Position numbers and translations under genes: made by a program
Notes under the pieces: model-generated
Told to the model about the DNA's origin: nothing
Databases searched by the model: none
The model's input: the letters and a program-made list of their open reading frames with translations, nothing else
Shown here: positions 5,551 through 10,242 of the stretch, piece by piece
Layout: each line of letters starts with the position of its first letter
Position numbering within the stretch: the first letter of the stretch is position 1
Origin: Promethearchaeota archaeon
GTDB lineage: Archaea; Asgardarchaeota; Lokiarchaeia; Sigyniarchaeales; SOKP01
Direction: 5' to 3'
Length of the DNA: 10,242 nt
Assembly: GCA_048938005.1 (NCBI GenBank)
Contig: JBHLMQ010000082.1
Span: forward strand, 1 to 10,242

Positions 5551-8172
5551 TTGATATTCCCTGAAGATCCAATTTATTTTAGTCTTAAACTTATTACTGC
5601 GTTAAGGAAACATGAGAAATGTATGTATAAACCATCTGTAAGGCAAGCAATTGCTATATGTAAATTAATTTTAGCTCGATTTTTAAATAGGGGTATGTGC
5701 GAAGCCGAAGATTTTGTAGAAATTGCTGCCGTAACAAGCCCTTTAGAGAACCAAGATTTAGCCCGAAAAATTGCAAAAGAACTATTAACATATACAGAAT
5801 CTTCTGAAGGAAAAACCTCAGGCGATGTAAGTAGTTCTGATATTTTTGGCAGTAGTAAGCCAAAAAACTTAATCGATGATCTTGGAATTGATTTTGACGA
5901 ATTAGATGAAATTTATAATGATCTTGAATTTTTAAAAAATCACTTTGATGAAATTGAAGATTTAGATATAGATGACCTGATGGAATCTACCTCTGATAAT
6001 TTTTTTGATAGGTTTAGAGATGAACTTGAAGAAGATCCCTACAAAACTGCTTTAGATGTAATTGATAGAAATGCAATTACAAATTTTGATAAGTTTCAAG
6101 ATTTAGATTCATTATTAGATTACGCTAAAGACCTTTTAAGAAAAAAAATTGACCATTTAGAGCCAGAAGATATTGGTTTTGCCGAAAAACTTGACTTTTT
6201 AGAGGAAATTATTAAAAAATCTAATTTATCAAGAGAAAAAATCCTTTCTCGATATGCAAAAGACCAAAAACAAGGGAATAATACGGTCTCAAAGGCAAAA
6301 GAGCAAATTAAAAAGATAGACAATTTCGAGTTCAAGACTGCTTTAGAAGGAGCATTTCAAGATAATTTTTATGACGCTTTAAATATAGCTGAATTTGCGT
6401 TAAAAGGAAAACTTTTAGATAATAATAGTCAGAATATAATGAAAGACCTAGTTAAGCAAAATCTAAGTCAATCTAATCGGAACTTAAACGATTTATTCAA
6501 TGCAACAAAAGTAATGGGCTCCAAAATAACTTTAGGAAAGGATGGACTAAAAAAAATCGTGGATAATAGTTTAGACCTACCTTTTAAAGATGCTTATCAA
6601 AGTGTTAAACAATATGATCAATATTTTGGGGGAAATTTAACTGAGAATTATTTAGAAAAGATCGATAAAGATTTTGATAACTTTGCTAAAAATTCGAATT
6701 TAGAAGATATGAGAAATCATTTAATCAGTAATCCTACTAAGATACCTTCATGGCGAAAATTATTATCTAATGTGATTGATAAAGAAGTTCAATCAATTAA
6801 AAATGATTTTAATAAAAATAATGTTCTTAATGCACAAATGAAGAATTTTGCTGATACATTAATAGCTAAACGGGGAAATTGTACAGATTTTGTTTGTAGA
6901 GCTCAATTAAATAATAAAATTCAAGATATAGTTAATCAAACTACAAGCTTAGCCGCTAGTAAAGATAATTTGAGAAATTATGTAAAAAACTTCAATGAAA
7001 TGGGTTTTTTACCTCATATAGATTCAATTAAAAAAGCAGGAAAAAAATTAAATATGACGGAAGTGGAGATTCTTAGTTTAATTGAAGCAGATTTCAAATA
7101 TTTTAAACAAATGGTAGAAGAAAAAAGCTCTAATTATCAAGGTTATAGGGATTATCTAAAACAATTGAGGCTTTCTCCTCAGCAAGTTAATCAGATTGTA
7201 AGGGCTGCTTTAGGAGATTCATCTCCCCAAACTACAAATTTAGAAGCTCTTAGTGCATTAAATGAAAAATACTTATCTCAAGTGTTAAATTTAGCTGAAC
7301 AAATGGGAGATCAAACTCTTAATATGGCTTTTTCTACTTTGGGAGCAGGAAGTGGCTTAGATTTACTTGAACAATGGTTCTATTCAAGGCATAATATTTC
7401 TGCGAAAGTTAAGAGAAAGTTAAAAGAAATTATAAAACAAATCATGATAGATTTAGGTATTAGATCTGCAAATTCACTTATAGGATCCGCAAATTCAGGT
7501 CCAATTGTTAAGAATATCGTCATACCTTATACACCTGGAGATGATTTTGAATTAATAGATTTAGAAGAAACTGTAAGCAATCTTTTAGAAGGAGGAAAAA
7601 CAGTTGAAACAATTACAAATGAAGATTTTTTAGTTTCCAAAACGACTCAAGGTCTCCGTTGTTTAGTTATGGAGTTAGATATCAGTGGGAGTATGACAGG
7701 TCAAAAACTTTCTCAAATGGCACTATGTGCTACTATGCTAGTTTATGCATTCAAACCTGAGGAATTTGCTCTTACTTTTTTTGAATCAAATACTCATCGA
7801 TTAAAGGATTTGGATGAGGAAACCGAATTAGAAAAAATTGTTGATGAATTGTTAGATATTACTGCAAGAGGAGGAACATGTATAAATTCTGCTCTTAAAT
7901 GGGCAAATCACCAATTCGAAAAGAAGGCGAGATCAAAACATAAATTAAATATTCTTTTCACAGATGCTGATGTGTTTGACTTTAGTAATAGTATCAGGGA
8001 ATTAAAAAAAATGAGCGAAAAAGATGTAAAATTTGTTATGGTTGTTCCTAAATTTAATTTTTCTCCGGTTATGGCTAAAAAAATGGTAGAAGAAGCAAAT
8101 GGGGTTCTCTTAACTTTAAATCAATGGAGAGATTTCCCTAAATTAATATCTGAAATTATTACTAATCAATAG
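5551..8172 (+). CDS. Large vWA (MIDAS) domain protein, partner of the MoxR ATPase, with an N-terminal AAA-lid-like module, acidic linker and long helical middle
   Basis: TTG start with AAGGT RBS (5539-5543). Intact MIDAS: DISGS (7678-7692), GGT (Thr 7876-7878), FTD (Asp 7963-7965). Preceded by the PYTPGDDFELIDLEETV motif typical of CoxE/DUF58-type MoxR partners. Starts 35 nt after the ATPase stop. Confidence 0.9.
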   Translation: MIFPEDPIYFSLKLITALRKHEKCMYKPSVRQAIAICKLILARFLNRGMCEAEDFVEIAAVTSPLENQDLARKIAKELLTYTESSEGKTSGDVSSSDIFGSSKPKNLIDDLGIDFDELDEIYNDLEFLKNHFDEIEDLDIDDLMESTSDNFFDRFRDELEEDPYKTALDVIDRNAITNFDKFQDLDSLLDYAKDLLRKKIDHLEPEDIGFAEKLDFLEEIIKKSNLSREKILSRYAKDQKQGNNTVSKAKEQIKKIDNFEFKTALEGAFQDNFYDALNIAEFALKGKLLDNNSQNIMKDLVKQNLSQSNRNLNDLFNATKVMGSKITLGKDGLKKIVDNSLDLPFKDAYQSVKQYDQYFGGNLTENYLEKIDKDFDNFAKNSNLEDMRNHLISNPTKIPSWRKLLSNVIDKEVQSIKNDFNKNNVLNAQMKNFADTLIAKRGNCTDFVCRAQLNNKIQDIVNQTTSLAASKDNLRNYVKNFNEMGFLPHIDSIKKAGKKLNMTEVEILSLIEADFKYFKQMVEEKSSNYQGYRDYLKQLRLSPQQVNQIVRAALGDSSPQTTNLEALSALNEKYLSQVLNLAEQMGDQTLNMAFSTLGAGSGLDLLEQWFYSRHNISAKVKRKLKEIIKQIMIDLGIRSANSLIGSANSGPIVKNIVIPYTPGDDFELIDLEETVSNLLEGGKTVETITNEDFLVSKTTQGLRCLVMELDISGSMTGQKLSQMALCATMLVYAFKPEEFALTFFESNTHRLKDLDEETELEKIVDELLDITARGGTCINSALKWANHQFEKKARSKHKLNILFTDADVFDFSNSIRELKKMSEKDVKFVMVVPKFNFSPVMAKKMVEEANGVLLTLNQWRDFPKLISEIITNQ

Positions 8173-8197
8173 TTATGTTTTATTTCAAATAAATTAG

Positions 8198-10242
8198 GTG
8201 TTTATATTAGATCTAAAGAATAATCTTAAAAATGCCGATTTTTTCAAAAGGTATGTTCATGGGGCGAGATTAAATAGGGGAAAGAACATCCCAAATAAGA
8301 ATATAATTAATTTTAATGTCGAAAAAGTTCCACAGGTTAAAGTTATTGCTGATATTCAAGGTTCAGGTAATACTAGATATGTTGTTAACATTTTTCAAGA
8401 GGTTAATGGATTCAAAATTATCCATGATTGTCCGGATTTCAAAAAAGGAAATAAATTCTGTAAACACATCATAAAAATTTTGTTAATACTTGATACTGAA
8501 ATATGCAAATCAATTTGTCAAAACTACTTAAAAATCGTTTTTTCATCAAACTTTGATTTAGTTAAAAAAAGCAAAACAGAAAGTTATATTATTAAAGCTG
8601 AGGATTTGATTCAGCAATCCAAATATTATGAAGCAATAAATTTTTTGAATCAAGCTTTCGAAGAATCTAGAAATTTTGATTACATACTGAAAATAGGAGA
8701 AATAGCTTTAAAATATAATTTGTATGATTTATTTTTGAAATATTCAGTGAAATACAAAGATTTAGTAAATAAATATTTAAATGATTATCCAGATGTAATA
8801 AGCTCGACAGTTTCTAGTTTAAAGGATTATAGTTTTTCTAAGAAAGTCGAAACTATAATTAATATTCAAACACTTATAATTAATTTTCCAAAAGATCCTT
8901 TAATTAGCACACTACAACAATCCAAAATTCATAAATTAAATAATCCAGTTCTTAAATATTTATTATTACATAACTTAGATTCTAAGATTTATATTGGTGA
9001 TCATTTTAAAGATATTTCTAAAGATTCCAAAACAGATTTAAAAGCATTAATAGCAAAGAAAACCTTTGATATGGTTAATGAAGCAATTTTGAATATGGAA
9101 TCAGAAGAAGTGATTGATTCTTTTATAAAGATAATGACAAATTGTAAATTCGATAATTGTGATGATGTATATTCCAAGGTTCAAGATTATAAGCACCAAT
9201 TAAGGCAAGTGTATATAGAAGGATTAAAATCAAAACATGCTTTTCTAAGATCTCTAGTAATAGCAAATACTAATTCTGATAAATTGCGCCAAATGAAATT
9301 TAACAAAAAATATAACTATCCATCCTTGATTTGGGGCTCGGCTTACAAAAATGAATCGCCACTCCATTATTACATAATAGAAAAGTGTGGATTTGAAAGG
9401 CATCATTTAGAATATACTGAAATTAATAATTTTATAGAAAATTATCCCGTATTTAAAGAGATTTTTGGGGCAAACAATCCAGTTGGGTATGAGGTTAAAA
9501 ACTTTTGGGGAAATTTCGAACCAAAGATTATAAACATTGTACAAGATGACCCTATTATTGAATTAGATTATGAAATTAATTTACAAGAATTAGAAAAATT
9601 TGTATTAATTGAATGGGATTTGGCGCAAAAACCAATATTAGGCAGTTATATTTGCCAATTTTCTGATGGGTACCTAATACCAGATAAAACTCACCCTTTA
9701 ACTCATTATATACGACCATTTGACTTATTATTATGCGAGAAAAAACCTATCGCATTAAAAAGCAACAATATCAAGATAATGAAACCTCTAAGAAGAATTA
9801 GCATAAACACTGCTATCGAGTTGGTATGGTCAGGTATAGAATATATTGCATCTCATCTACCCCTAAAAATAGTTGATGACCTAAAAAATTATAGAATTGA
9901 TGAGTTGGATGCCGTAGATAAAATATACGAGACATATAAAAACAGTTTTTTACCAAATAAAGACAGTAGTAAAAAACGCTTTCATGAATTTATTCAAAAG
10001 AAAATTGCAAAAGATCTTAATAAAACTTATTTACAAATAATTGATAAACCCGATCATAAGAATAAAGTTCTAAGAATGATTGGATTCGAAAGATATTCAA
10101 AAATTTTTAAAAAAAAGAACATTTTACAAGATTTCAAAATGGATGATTTGAAGAAAAATTCACTTCAAGAGTTAAAACTCGATTTAAAGAAATTTATTAC
10201 AAAAAAACTAGCAGAATTAATAGAAAATAAAGAATTTGAATC
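8198..10242 (+). CDS. 3'-truncated large protein (about 680 aa visible) with an N-terminal SWIM zinc finger followed by a TPR-like helical hairpin; not in the ORF track
   Basis: Manual translation shows frame 2 open from the TAG at 8195-8197 to the window end. It reads ...RLNRGKNI...VKVIADIQGSGNTRYVVNI...IIHDCPDFKKGNKFCKHIIKILL (H-x-C-x9-C-x-H, 8423-8467), then SYIIKAEDLIQQSKYYEAINFLNQAFEES. The start codon is uncertain (GTG 8198, or non-canonical at 8204/8207). Confidence 0.85.
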   Translation, partial: MFILDLKNNLKNADFFKRYVHGARLNRGKNIPNKNIINFNVEKVPQVKVIADIQGSGNTRYVVNIFQEVNGFKIIHDCPDFKKGNKFCKHIIKILLILDTEICKSICQNYLKIVFSSNFDLVKKSKTESYIIKAEDLIQQSKYYEAINFLNQAFEESRNFDYILKIGEIALKYNLYDLFLKYSVKYKDLVNKYLNDYPDVISSTVSSLKDYSFSKKVETIINIQTLIINFPKDPLISTLQQSKIHKLNNPVLKYLLLHNLDSKIYIGDHFKDISKDSKTDLKALIAKKTFDMVNEAILNMESEEVIDSFIKIMTNCKFDNCDDVYSKVQDYKHQLRQVYIEGLKSKHAFLRSLVIANTNSDKLRQMKFNKKYNYPSLIWGSAYKNESPLHYYIIEKCGFERHHLEYTEINNFIENYPVFKEIFGANNPVGYEVKNFWGNFEPKIINIVQDDPIIELDYEINLQELEKFVLIEWDLAQKPILGSYICQFSDGYLIPDKTHPLTHYIRPFDLLLCEKKPIALKSNNIKIMKPLRRISINTAIELVWSGIEYIASHLPLKIVDDLKNYRIDELDAVDKIYETYKNSFLPNKDSSKKRFHEFIQKKIAKDLNKTYLQIIDKPDHKNKVLRMIGFERYSKIFKKKNILQDFKMDDLKKNSLQELKLDLKKFITKKLAELIENKEFE

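Noticed and set aside
5654-5863. 69-aa minus-strand ORF
   Set aside because: Antisense shadow inside the vWA gene.
6120-6335. 71-aa minus-strand ORF
   Set aside because: Antisense shadow; its Phe/Ser/Leu richness mirrors Lys/Glu codons on the coding strand.
4409-8172. Call as gas vesicle GvpN, or as Mg/Co chelatase subunits I and D
   Set aside because: No gvp or tetrapyrrole genes are nearby, chelatase-I-specific motifs were not recognised, and the vWA protein lacks a full AAA module. A generic MoxR-vWA call is safer.
8232-8273. ATG at 8232 as the start of the last gene
   Set aside because: That frame stops after 13 codons, and the SWIM protein is in a different frame.
1-10242. Selenocysteine/pyrrolysine readthrough, CRISPR array, tRNA/rRNA, transposase or integrase
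   Set aside because: No main ORF ends in TGA. The two TAG stops (3229, 8172) are followed by further in-frame stops within a few to about 17 codons and do not fuse to the next gene. No regularly spaced repeats, GC-rich structured RNA or mobile-element motifs were seen by eye.

Overview
Very AT-rich, gene-dense window with archaeal features: an AbrB-PhoU-type regulator, GGAGG/AGGT(G) ribosome-binding sites, oligo-T terminators and an HxC-type SWIM finger. A Lokiarchaeia/Asgard origin is my inference from overall protein style and was not checked by search. Left to right: the 3' end of a gene with a C-terminal RING-like Cys/His finger; a minus-strand AbrB + degenerate PhoU regulator; two divergently transcribed small ORFs with related N-termini (one is missing from the ORF track); a UbiA-family prenyltransferase; an ABM-family protein; an AmmeMemoRadiSam-type radical SAM enzyme (AmrS); and a probable three-gene operon. 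That operon encodes a MoxR-type AAA+ ATPase, an 873-aa vWA/MIDAS protein and a large SWIM-finger protein that runs off the right edge (also missing from the ORF track). The operon is the most interesting part. The ATPase has a histone-H1-like basic tail and a Walker B reading NE instead of DE. Its vWA partner begins with what looks like an isolated AAA+ lid/sensor-II module followed by an acidic linker. No rRNA, tRNA, CRISPR array or mobile element was recognised.
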